Shown piece after piece: positions 1 through 8,334 of a DNA stretch of 64,000 nt (position 1 is the first letter of the stretch; each line of letters begins with the position of its first letter). This DNA is from Vulcanimicrobiota bacterium. GTDB lineage: Bacteria; Vulcanimicrobiota; JAJTBE01. The stretch spans positions 2,972 through 66,971 of the forward strand of contig JAIORV010000097.1 in NCBI GenBank assembly GCA_021107945.1, in the 5' to 3' direction. The translations under genes and the position numbers were made by a program. A model generated the notes under the pieces. The model searched no databases. It worked only from the letters and a program-made list of their open reading frames with translations, and was not told the origin of the DNA.

Positions 1-1068
1 TTTCAATGTTTTCTGTATAATTTTTTCCGGGTTCTTGCCGGTAAGTTTTATTGTCATGATAAGGGGCGCGCCTTGTTTCAGTCCCATAGCTGCCTGAACC
101 GAGATGTTGGCCGAGTGTGCCGGATCGCGGTTCATATCATTTGTAAGTATGTCGAACGAGTTTCTTTTTGGGCTGTATAGCCTTGCATCTTTTTGGATAA
201 TTTTGATTTCTCCGAGTTTATGGAGTTCGGGATCAACGGGAGCCCTGTCTATTGCTGTCACTGCATATCCTTTTTCCAGGAGGACTTTTGACCATCCTCC
301 GGGTGATGCGCCCAGGTCAAGTGCATTTTTTTCTTCGGGGTGCTCAAAATTAAAAACCTCGAACGCTTCCAGGAGCTTGAATCCCGACCTGCTCAATTGT
401 CCCGGCTCCTTCGCAAAGCGTACAATTCCACCCGACCGTTCACACAGATTCTCCCGGGGTGTGGACATACCAATCATTGCGATTCGATTATAAGTGGAGT
501 CGCCTCCGGAATCGGGAATCAGCTCTACTGCTTTTCCGGAGTCTATATCGATTCCGGTCGAGTCGCAAATATATAAAGAAATAATAATGTCGGGATTTTT
601 CACCGTGGGAATTGCGGAATATTTCTCCAGCACGCATTTGTCAATCACCTTTTTATACGAGAATGCGCTTTGCTCGCGCTGGAAGGGCATTTTTCTAACC
701 TGAACTGCGACTTTCTTGCCTGTTATCTCTTTCGCAGCCAACCAGTCTATCGTCTTAACAATCATTTCATCTGTGTGATCGGTATGAAAAAACAATACAA
801 TATCTATAGGTTGTATGTGTCTCAAGAAAATCGGTGGAGTTCGGCTGATCTCTTCAAAGAATTTATTTTTTTCCTGTGATATGGAAAATAAAAAGACCCC
901 ATCGGGAAACTTGTCAATTATTTTTACTCCTGAATCAATGCTCTTTATCTCTTTACTGGCATTCTTAACATATTTTTTCGATGCTGTACCCAGGAATATG
1001 TTATCAAAAGAATAAACTGTCAAATTATTTCCTGACCCCTCATTCTTTACTTTGTTTCTACAAAACAT
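1..1068 (-). CDS. FtsJ/RlmM-like SAM-dependent RNA 2'-O-methyltransferase with extra N-terminal domain; 3' end runs off the window
   Basis: Minus-strand ORF starts at the ATG at 1068 and continues past position 1. Its translation contains LDLGASPGGWSKVLLEKGYAVTAIDRAP, the FtsJ/RlmE/RlmM-type SAM-binding motif. The short overlapping plus-strand ORFs in the track are antisense artefacts. Confidence 0.6.
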   Translation of the reverse strand, partial: MFCRNKVKNEGSGNNLTVYSFDNIFLGTASKKYVKNASKEIKSIDSGVKIIDKFPDGVFLFSISQEKNKFFEEISRTPPIFLRHIQPIDIVLFFHTDHTDEMIVKTIDWLAAKEITGKKVAVQVRKMPFQREQSAFSYKKVIDKCVLEKYSAIPTVKNPDIIISLYICDSTGIDIDSGKAVELIPDSGGDSTYNRIAMIGMSTPRENLCERSGGIVRFAKEPGQLSRSGFKLLEAFEVFNFEHPEEKNALDLGASPGGWSKVLLEKGYAVTAIDRAPVDPELHKLGEIKIIQKDARLYSPKRNSFDILTNDMNRDPAHSANISVQAAMGLKQGAPLIMTIKLTGKNPEKIIQKTLK

Positions 1069-1281
1069 TCCAAAATCCCCTGAAATTAAAATAATTTTTT
1101 TACGAATTCTTCATGTTTTGCGTTAAAACTTGCCTTTTCATATGATATCGTTACTCATGCAGCACTTTACTCTCTTTCACATCTTCAAGTTGACCCGGTA
1201 TGCCCAAATATAAAAAGGATTTTGATTTGAACGGTAGAAAATAAACCAGGGCAGTGAAAGATAAACGGCAGGGGTTGTAAT

Positions 1282-1869
1282 ATGGGCATTCATATTCTTG
1301 CATTATTTGGCAGTCCGAGAAGAGGCGGCAACACAGACATTCTCATGGAAGAGTTGCTTAACGGCATATCTCGGGATGGCGGTATTGATATAACCAGGAT
1401 ATATCTTTGTGATTATGATATTAAACCCTGCAAAGCTTGCGCATATTGCGAGATACATGGGGAATGCTGCATACAAGATGACATGTGTAAGATCTATCCC
1501 CTGCTTGACAGGTCACAGATAATTATTGTCTCATCCCCCGTATATTTCTTTGGTCTATCCGCGCAATGCAAGACAATGATAGACAGATGTCATATCATCT
1601 GGGCAAGGAAGTTTGTTCTCAACGAACCCTGGTCCGAGGATGATGAGATGGTCCGACAGGGATTTTTCATCTCTGCTGCGGGAACAAACAACCCAAGTCT
1701 GTTTTACGGAGGGGAGATGACGATCAGGAATTTCTTCGATTGTCTTGATATTTTATACCAGGGGGCGATTATGGTCAGGGGCGTCCAGGAAAAGGGAGAG
1801 GTAAGGAAAAAAGTAAATGCGCTTAAAAACGCATATAACAAGGGCGTTGAGTTGGTAAATCCATATTAA
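1282..1869 (+). CDS. iron-sulfur flavoprotein / NADPH-dependent FMN reductase family (flavodoxin-like)
   Basis: N-terminal LALFGSPRRGGNT motif is typical of the NADPH-FMN reductase/Isf family. A compact Cys cluster (CDYDIKPCKACAYCEIHGECC) is consistent with Isf-type [4Fe-4S] ligation. Confidence 0.7.
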   Translation: MGIHILALFGSPRRGGNTDILMEELLNGISRDGGIDITRIYLCDYDIKPCKACAYCEIHGECCIQDDMCKIYPLLDRSQIIIVSSPVYFFGLSAQCKTMIDRCHIIWARKFVLNEPWSEDDEMVRQGFFISAAGTNNPSLFYGGEMTIRNFFDCLDILYQGAIMVRGVQEKGEVRKKVNALKNAYNKGVELVNPY

Positions 1870-1961
1870 GCTTTCTTTTAGTCCCACAATTCTCCATCGC
1901 CACCGCAGTAGAAACATCTTCCCATGCCGTTGTAAAAACATATAAAACCAATGGAATCCCA

Positions 1962-3194
1962 ATGAACAAAATTATTTACAATAAAACAATCGCCTGTTTC
2001 ATACTGACAGCAATTTTACTTATTGCTATTTCCATAACAGGGTGCCTGAAAGCATCCCGGAAACCGAATCAAGAATCACCCCGGAAACCAACAGAAATAT
2101 TAAATACGTCTCCTGAAAATAAGACCGATGCAAAAATAAAAATCCCGAAATACTGGTTCAAATTCCGGGGAAACCTGAGAAATACGGGGACAAACTTAAA
2201 TACAACAGGTCCTGATAAACCGGTCTTAAAATGGAAATTCAGGGCAAAGCATGAAATTATGTCCTCTGCGTCATTCTCATCCTCCGGTGATGTATTCATC
2301 GGCTCCCACGATGGAAACATATATATTGTCGGTCGTGACGGGAAAGGCTCGATTTTTTTTCATACAAAAGAGACAATAACCTCAACTCCCCTAGTTGTCG
2401 AATATTATGATCGAATATTATGGGGGAATTTCGATGGAAATTTCTACTGTGTGGACGGCAAGGGAAATCTTCAATTCAAGTTCGATACCGGGGACTGGAT
2501 CCCATCATCCCCGACAATCTCCGGGGACGGGAAAATATTTGTCACATGTCGGAATGGATTTCTGTATTGCCTTGATATGAAAGGCGAGCTAATATGGAAA
2601 TTCGAAATCGGCAAGCAGGATTATGAGATCCAGTCGTCCCCCGCAATCTTCGAAAACAGCGTTATAGTGGGATCTGCCGCGGGATTCGTATATCGCATTG
2701 ACTTTGACGGAAGCTTGATATGGAAGTTCAAAACAGACGGCGATATTTATGCCTCGCCTGCGGTTGATAATAATGGAAATATATTTATAGGATCGTGGGA
2801 CGGCACATTTTATTGCGTTGATAAAAACGGGAAATCGGTATGGAAATACGAAGCAGGTTCAAAAATCACATCCTCCGCCACTCTCACCATAAAGGGACAG
2901 ATTGTATTCGGAGCGCATGACGGCAATGTTTATTCCCTTGATAAAGCGGGCAATATTTTATGGAAATTTGATTCGGGAAAATCCATAGAATCCTCACCGG
3001 CATCAGATAGGAACGGCAATATTTATGTGGGATCCGATATTGGAAAGATGTTTGCCCTCACCCCGCGCGGGGGAAAGATATGGGAATTTGAGACCAAAAA
3101 GCCTGTCCTCTCGTCTCCGTCAATTGGTAAAAACGGTGAAATTGTATTCGGATGCGAGGATAAGTATATATATTGTATTTGGGACAAAAAATAA
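1962..3194 (+). CDS. PQQ-like beta-propeller repeat lipoprotein (BamB-like fold)
   Basis: Lipoprotein-type signal peptide (LLIAISITGC). At least eight repeats of the pattern G.GNIY..D.KGN..WKF run through the protein, as in PQQ enzyme-repeat/BamB propellers. Confidence 0.7.
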   Translation: MNKIIYNKTIACFILTAILLIAISITGCLKASRKPNQESPRKPTEILNTSPENKTDAKIKIPKYWFKFRGNLRNTGTNLNTTGPDKPVLKWKFRAKHEIMSSASFSSSGDVFIGSHDGNIYIVGRDGKGSIFFHTKETITSTPLVVEYYDRILWGNFDGNFYCVDGKGNLQFKFDTGDWIPSSPTISGDGKIFVTCRNGFLYCLDMKGELIWKFEIGKQDYEIQSSPAIFENSVIVGSAAGFVYRIDFDGSLIWKFKTDGDIYASPAVDNNGNIFIGSWDGTFYCVDKNGKSVWKYEAGSKITSSATLTIKGQIVFGAHDGNVYSLDKAGNILWKFDSGKSIESSPASDRNGNIYVGSDIGKMFALTPRGGKIWEFETKKPVLSSPSIGKNGEIVFGCEDKYIYCIWDKK

Positions 3195-3202
3195 AGTGAC
3201 TA

Positions 3203-3303
3203 TTCACCGCAAAGACCACAAAGATTAAAAATTTTCTTTGCATTCTTTGCAGGCAACGTAGCGCGGGTCTTCAGACCCGCTAATCATCCTCAGAGCTACG
3301 TTG
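3203..3303. terminator. nested hairpin structures between convergent genes (repeat words plus a stem-within-stem); probable bidirectional terminator
   Basis: ttcaccgcaaagaccacaaag (3203-3223) pairs with ctttgcattctttgc (3236-3250). An outer stem caacgtagc (3254-3262) / gctacgttg (3295-3303) encloses an inner hairpin gcgggtc-ttca-gacccgc (3263-3280). The structure lies between the stop codons at 3194 (+) and 3329 (-). Confidence 0.4.
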
Positions 3304-3328
3304 TATTCAGCAAACCTAAAGGTTTGAG

Positions 3329-5248
3329 CTACAGATCCTTATATCTCCGAAAATCCATTTCAGCTTCTTTTCTCCTGCCCATTCTCTCAAGAACCTCGCC
3401 TCGCTTCAGGTATGTGTTTGCAAGTCCCGGGTCAATCTCAATCGCCTTGTTGAAATCCTTCAGAGCTTCCTCATCCCTGCCCAGCTCGTAATTCAATGTC
3501 CCCCGCGTGACATATGCATCATTATAATCGGGATCTATCTCGATTGCCATGTTAAGGTCGCAAAGCGCTTGCGCCAATTCGCCTGTCTCTTTGTATGACA
3601 ATCCCCTTCCACAATATGCCATTGCTGAATCGGGGTTGATATCGAGGGCACTGTTGTTGTCCTCGATTGATTCCTCATATTCGCCAATATCGTGACATAT
3701 AAGGGCGCGGCAAATAAAGGCCTCCTCATATTCCGGGTTTATCTCCAGTGAACGGTTTAAATCCCCTATCGCCTCTCTGTAATTCCCCACGGCGTAATTT
3801 GCGAACCCTCGCCACAGGTAGGCTTCATCAAAGTCCGGATCCAAATCTATAGCCCTGTTGAAGTCGCCGATTGCCCTCCCGAATTCCTCAACCTCCCTGA
3901 AAACCAGCCCCCTTCCAACAAATGCCTCGGCGTAACCGGGATCGATAAGTATTGCCGAGTTGAAATCATCGAGAGCTTTATTGTTGTCGCCAATGATTGA
4001 TTTGATGGATCCTCTCTTACAAAGGGCGGAGACATAGGCGGGGTCGGCATCTATCGCCCTCGAGTAGTCTTCATTTGCTTTTTGGAGATTATCAAGATTT
4101 TCATAGGCCATTCCCCTCCACAGGTAAGGCCGGGCGAAATCCGAGTCCAACAGAATTGCCCTGCCGAATTGTTTTATCGCCTTCTCATAATCCCCCTTGT
4201 TGTACGAAGCGATTCCGTGGTTAAAAAAAGCGGTGGGTGTTTTTAAGACATGCTTCATATTCTCCAGCGTAACCATTATATGATGTATTGATTCCGGACG
4301 ATCCGCAGGCTTTATCTCGAGCATTTTCATTACCAGAGCTTCGAATCCCGGCGTAACCTCCGGATTCATGTTTTTTATCTTCTCAAAAGAGAAAGCCGGT
4401 AACTCCGGGGTTGCGGGGTTTATACCCGTCAGCAGGTAATGAATAATTGCTCCCAGTGAATATATGTTGCTTTTCTCGTCAACGATTCCCTTGTATTGTT
4501 CCGGCGAAGCAAATCCCGGGATGCCCGTCATTGCCCCTTTTTTTATTGACCTGAAAAAATGTGACAATCCCGGATCGGCAAGGTAAACCCTGTCCCCCGC
4601 CGACACTATAAAATGCGAGGGCTTGAGATTACAAAGAAAGATGGGGGGATACCTGCCGTGTAAATAATCGAGGAGATCCAGCATCTGATGAAGCCAAACT
4701 ATGACCTGGGATTGGGGCAGCGGTGTGTTTTTTCTTTCATACATAATTGTCTGGAGATCCTGCCCATAAACAAAAGCTGTTACCAGATGTAATTTTCCAT
4801 TTTCGAGAAAAAGTTTTATGAATCGCGGAAGTGATTTATGTGTAATATGAAAAATGTTATTAATCTTTTTATCAAGAATGTTGATTATCTCTTTTTTTCT
4901 TGCTTTTTCTGCGCCAGGTTCTCCGGGTTCATTATTTTCAACAAACATCTTTTCCGGTGTGAAGTATAATTTTTCTCCTGCAAAGTCTCTCCTGATATCC
5001 TGGGGCAGGATGATTTCCTTGATCGCCACCCTTGCGCCGGATTCGGTATCCCTCGCCCTGAAAACCGCCCCGGTCTCACCCCTGTGCACAATTGACTCCA
5101 CCCTGTATTTTCCCCCGATGACATCCGACTCACCCGGCGCATCAAACTCGCCAATGCCCTCGGAAGCAAGAGCACCTCCGCATTTCCCACAGAACCGGGA
5201 GGCCTCCTCGTTTTCCGCATTACATTTTTTACAGATAATATTGGACAT
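3329..5248 (-). CDS. Ser/Thr protein kinase-like protein with N-terminal zinc ribbon and C-terminal TPR array; catalytic loop degenerate (predicted pseudokinase)
   Basis: CKKCNAENEEASRFCGKCG zinc ribbon is followed by a kinase domain with VAIKEI lysine motif, DPG in place of DFG, and SPE in place of APE. LCNLKPSH replaces the canonical HRDLKPxN catalytic loop. The C-terminal half carries at least nine TPR-like repeats (AY..RG......A..D...AI..DP). Confidence 0.75.
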   Translation of the reverse strand: MSNIICKKCNAENEEASRFCGKCGGALASEGIGEFDAPGESDVIGGKYRVESIVHRGETGAVFRARDTESGARVAIKEIILPQDIRRDFAGEKLYFTPEKMFVENNEPGEPGAEKARKKEIINILDKKINNIFHITHKSLPRFIKLFLENGKLHLVTAFVYGQDLQTIMYERKNTPLPQSQVIVWLHQMLDLLDYLHGRYPPIFLCNLKPSHFIVSAGDRVYLADPGLSHFFRSIKKGAMTGIPGFASPEQYKGIVDEKSNIYSLGAIIHYLLTGINPATPELPAFSFEKIKNMNPEVTPGFEALVMKMLEIKPADRPESIHHIMVTLENMKHVLKTPTAFFNHGIASYNKGDYEKAIKQFGRAILLDSDFARPYLWRGMAYENLDNLQKANEDYSRAIDADPAYVSALCKRGSIKSIIGDNNKALDDFNSAILIDPGYAEAFVGRGLVFREVEEFGRAIGDFNRAIDLDPDFDEAYLWRGFANYAVGNYREAIGDLNRSLEINPEYEEAFICRALICHDIGEYEESIEDNNSALDINPDSAMAYCGRGLSYKETGELAQALCDLNMAIEIDPDYNDAYVTRGTLNYELGRDEEALKDFNKAIEIDPGLANTYLKRGEVLERMGRRKEAEMDFRRYKDL

Positions 5249-5372
5249 GTATCTGATTTCTAAGTTATGACGGAGATTCCCTTTTATGTAATCAAGTCAG
5301 GTAAGATTCATGTTTTTTTATATCTATTCACCGCAAAGGGTGCAAAGGAGGACGGAAGCCAGAGACCAGAGG

Positions 5373-5654
5373 CCGGATGACGGAGGCAAGTTTCCTGGGC
5401 GTGGTGATATTGCCCGCGGCATGACCCTGAATTATGAGCTTGTCAAAACGGGATTAGCTTGGCAGTGGAAATATTCGAATTATCCGACCCTGGGGAAGTT
5501 GGAGAACGAAGCACGGAGATCACGGCAGGGACTGGCAGGGGAAGAATCCGATTCCACCTTGGGACTGGAGGAAGGGGAAAAGATAATATTTACGAAATTG
5601 CTTCTTATATCCAATAGAAATAGTCCAAAGAAAGGAGATAAATATGAATCCTGA
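5373..5654 (+). pseudogene. remnant of a staphylococcal-nuclease (SNase/thermonuclease)-like gene; only the C-terminal third is conserved and the N-terminus is replaced by a repeat word
   Basis: Translation DDGGKFPGRGDIARGMTLNYELVKTGLAWQWKYSNYPTLGKLENEARRSRQGL aligns by eye with the SNase C-terminus (DKYGRGLAYIY..NEALVRQGLAKVAY...AQAKKEKLNIW). The upstream part of the ORF (5327-5376) is ttcaccgcaaagggtgcaaagg repeat sequence. The catalytic N-terminal region is absent. Confidence 0.4.
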
Positions 5655-6339
5655 GATAGCAGGAATGTTTGACCGGGCTGAGGAGTTAATCAGAGAATTG
5701 GAAGATGAATACACAAGGTGTAAGAAAGAAAGAGACATAACTGAAAAGCTTAAGAACATAACTCATGAGTTAATAGAGAAATTGAGGCATATACTTGACC
5801 ATGCAACAAGGGTGGCATGGGAAAAATATATTGCTCCAAAACTGAATAAAGAAGAAAAAGGCAAAGCTAGAGTTTACTTCCCAATTACGAATAAGACAGA
5901 GGGTTTTAAATCTATACTTGGGCGAGCCAAAATGCAGAATTTGGAGAAAGTAAACAAAGTTTTTTATGATTTTCTATTAAAACAACAACTATTTTCATCC
6001 TCCAAAAACAAATGGTTGATACAGTTAGCAAATCTTGCAGCAGAGGGGAAGCATGTTGAATTTGTGCCTCAGAGAATTAAAAAGCACCATCTAAAAACAT
6101 TAACCACACCGGAAGGTATAAATATTATTTTGGAGACTGCAGGAAATGCAAAAATATCAATTGGGGAAATTATTATAGGTGACCCAAAAGGCGAAAGAAG
6201 TTATGACCCTTCTAAACTTAGTGCGCGGGAGTGTTCCTGGGAATCTATTGTCATTAAAGACTATGATATTGATGTCCTCGATTTTTGCAAGGGAGTATAT
6301 GCAAAGACGCGTAAACTTGTGGAAGAGATGCCTAATTGA
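5644..6339 (+). CDS. hypothetical protein (231 aa), first gene of an AT-rich three-gene cassette
   Basis: Good RBS (aaaggagat) 7 nt before the ATG. No motif I recognise. Highly charged, with a coiled-coil-like N-terminus. Confidence 0.45.
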   Translation: MNPEIAGMFDRAEELIRELEDEYTRCKKERDITEKLKNITHELIEKLRHILDHATRVAWEKYIAPKLNKEEKGKARVYFPITNKTEGFKSILGRAKMQNLEKVNKVFYDFLLKQQLFSSSKNKWLIQLANLAAEGKHVEFVPQRIKKHHLKTLTTPEGINIILETAGNAKISIGEIIIGDPKGERSYDPSKLSARECSWESIVIKDYDIDVLDFCKGVYAKTRKLVEEMPN

Positions 6340-6467
6340 TTGTAGTCAAACGGCAACTTTCCAGATTGACTTTTTTGGGGAGGATACAAATTAAACCTTG
6401 CAAAATGCAAACAAAAATTCTTTCTGTTAAAGCGTTAAGAACAGTATAATAACGGCGTTTGATGGAC

Positions 6468-6497
6468 TTGACAAATGTGACCAACCAAAAGTATAAT
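6468..6497 (+). promoter_or_regulatory. near-consensus sigma70-type promoter (TTGACA-18-TATAAT) with an overlapping inverted repeat, upstream of the 6532 gene
   Basis: TTGACA at 6468-6473 and TATAAT at 6492-6497. The inverted repeat accaac...gttggt flanks the -10 and is a possible operator. RBS ggtgg precedes the ATG at 6532. Confidence 0.5.
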
Positions 6498-6531
6498 ATC
6501 TATAAACGTTGGTTATTTTTGGGGTGGTTAT

Positions 6532-6846
6532 ATGGATTTAATAAAGAGTGTCCTACAAGAGGAATTGGAATCATCACTTGAAACGCAGAAATACTATCAG
6601 AAGGAAATAAGCAAACTTCCGAGAGGAAGCTTATCAAAGAAAAAGACGGGTGGTAAAGCTTATTATTATTTGTCTTACAAGGAAGGTTCCAAAGTCAAGA
6701 CCGACTACCTGGGCAAACTCTCCGATGAAAAAATCAAAGACTATCAAGACAGGATAAACAAGCGAAGACATTATCAAAGTCAATTGAGAAAGGTCACCAA
6801 GAAAATAAAATATTTACGGAAGGTTTTGAATGTTAAAGCAATTTGA
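6532..6846 (+). CDS. small basic hypothetical protein (104 aa), translationally coupled to the downstream nucleotidyltransferase-fold gene (antitoxin-like position)
   Basis: Lys/Arg-rich with a coiled-coil-like C-terminus. The stop overlaps the next gene's start by 17 nt (ATGTTAAAGCAATTTGA). Confidence 0.45.
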   Translation: MDLIKSVLQEELESSLETQKYYQKEISKLPRGSLSKKKTGGKAYYYLSYKEGSKVKTDYLGKLSDEKIKDYQDRINKRRHYQSQLRKVTKKIKYLRKVLNVKAI

Positions 6847-7522
6847 ATTGGTGGACGAAATCCTGAAAGCCCTGGACAAGGAAGGCGTCCTTGTTAATAT
6901 CATTATTGTGGGGAGCTGGTGTATTTATTTCTATAAACACCATTTTGAGGAAGCTAGAATCCTGTCCAATATAACAACTCTGGACATTGATATCGATGTG
7001 AACCCTCTTCGCAAGGAGAAGAGAAAAGTTAATATTTCCGACATATTAATATCCCTGGGGTTTGACCTGCGTTTTCATGGTGATGGTTCTATTTCTTTGA
7101 TACATCCGGAAATCAAAGCAGAATTCCTCGTTCCGGAAATAGGAAGGCCTGCCCATGATCCCATCAAAATACCCGGATTCGGAATCACAGCACAACCCTT
7201 GCGATGGCTTAATCTCCTGGAAGAGGAAGTTATCACTGTAGATTATAAAGGCATGCAGGTGAAGGTTCCCCATCCTGCCCGGTTTGCAGTCCATAAACTT
7301 ATAATATCCCAACGGAGAATCGGGAGGAATCCAAAGGTTAAAAAAGATATTCACCAAGGAATTGAGGTTGCAAGAATGCTTATCGAAATGGGACAAGCTG
7401 GAAAACTCAATGAGATTATCGGGGGATTATCCTTGAAACAAAAAAAACTTGTCAGAAAAGCCCTGGCGGGTGTGGATTCATCATTTATAGAAAAATTGCT
7501 ATCCAATAATGGGGAAGTGTAA
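6830..7522 (+). CDS. Pol-beta-superfamily minimal nucleotidyltransferase-fold protein (AbiEii/MNT-like), hypothetical
   Basis: IIIVGSW (hG[GS] motif) is followed by RILSNITTLDIDIDV (acidic DxDxD). This matches the nucleotidyltransferase-fold signature. Size is 230 aa. Confidence 0.45.
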   Translation: MLKQFELVDEILKALDKEGVLVNIIIVGSWCIYFYKHHFEEARILSNITTLDIDIDVNPLRKEKRKVNISDILISLGFDLRFHGDGSISLIHPEIKAEFLVPEIGRPAHDPIKIPGFGITAQPLRWLNLLEEEVITVDYKGMQVKVPHPARFAVHKLIISQRRIGRNPKVKKDIHQGIEVARMLIEMGQAGKLNEIIGGLSLKQKKLVRKALAGVDSSFIEKLLSNNGEV

Positions 7523-7778
7523 ACAATAATTTCGCAAAAGGTAGGAAGGGGGGATACTTTGCTTTTCCGGATAGTATTCATGCGGGTTCAAGTGGGTGAG
7601 CATGAAGTGGGCAAGCATGAAGTTGGCAAAATGAAGGGAGTGTGGGGCATCTTTAGGACAAAATGTTTCCAAAACAGGATAATACAGTGCTATTTTATAC
7701 CAAATACGACACGATTTTCTATAACTAAAAAACCCACCGTTTTCTTGAAATGGCGGGTTTTGTTATTGTTTTTGGGAT

Positions 7779-7851
7779 GGGCGGAGAGGGACTTGAACCC
7801 ACGACCTCCTGAATGTAAGTCAGATGCTCTAGCCAACTGAGCTACCCGCCC
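7779..7851 (-). tRNA. tRNA-Val (anticodon TAC)
   Basis: Reverse complement reads GGGCGGGTAGCTCAGTTGGCTAGAGCATCTGACTTACATTCAGGAGGTCGTGGGTTCAAGTCCCTCTCCGCCCA. It folds as a cloverleaf with anticodon loop CTTACAT. CCA is not encoded. Confidence 0.85.
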
Positions 7852-7959
7852 GATGAAAAAATGAAAAATTATCCTTTCCGGGTAATATTCTTTACGATTA
7901 TTTGCCCGGATTTGACAGGAAGGCAGGAATATTTCACCTGCCTCCGTCGATTGTAAAGT

Positions 7960-8032
7960 GACCCCAACGGGATTCGAACCCGTGATCTTCACCTTGAAAG
8001 GGTGATGTCCTAGGCCGCTAGACGATGGGGCC
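7960..8032 (-). tRNA. tRNA-Glu (anticodon TTC)
   Basis: Reverse complement reads GGCCCCATCGTCTAGCGGCCTAGGACATCACCCTTTCAAGGTGAAGATCACGGGTTCGAATCCCGTTGGGGTCA, with anticodon loop CTTTCAA. Confidence 0.85.
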
Positions 8033-8100
8033 GTTTTTTATACCAAAATTATTAACATTCCGGTGGATCTTCCACATAAAACAAAGGCCATCAAATAGGA

Positions 8101-8173
8101 TGGGCCCACCCGGATTCGAACCAGGGACCGATCGGTTATGAGCCGACTGCTCTACCGCTGAGCTATGGGCCCT
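8101..8173 (-). tRNA. tRNA with CAT anticodon (Met elongator or Ile2/lysidine type)
   Basis: Reverse complement reads GGGCCCATAGCTCAGCGGTAGAGCAGTCGGCTCATAACCGATCGGTCCCTGGTTCGAATCCGGGTGGGCCCA, with anticodon loop CTCATAA. The G1-C72 pair argues against an initiator. Confidence 0.8.
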
Positions 8174-8334
8174 CATGTCCTTTGACGCTGTTTATTATAA
8201 TGTAAAACATCCTCCAGGTCAATACCCATGACAAAAATATTTTACAACCAGGTTGACATTTACCCGGACAATGCCTTTAAATTCAACGCAGAGCTCGCAG
8301 AGACCGCAGAGGAGAACTAATAAATATCTGCGAT

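Noticed and set aside
7690-7992. ORF-track CDS (100 aa, minus strand) across the tRNA cluster
   Set aside because: It overlaps tRNA-Val and tRNA-Glu on the same strand. Its translation is simply the tRNA sequences read as protein.
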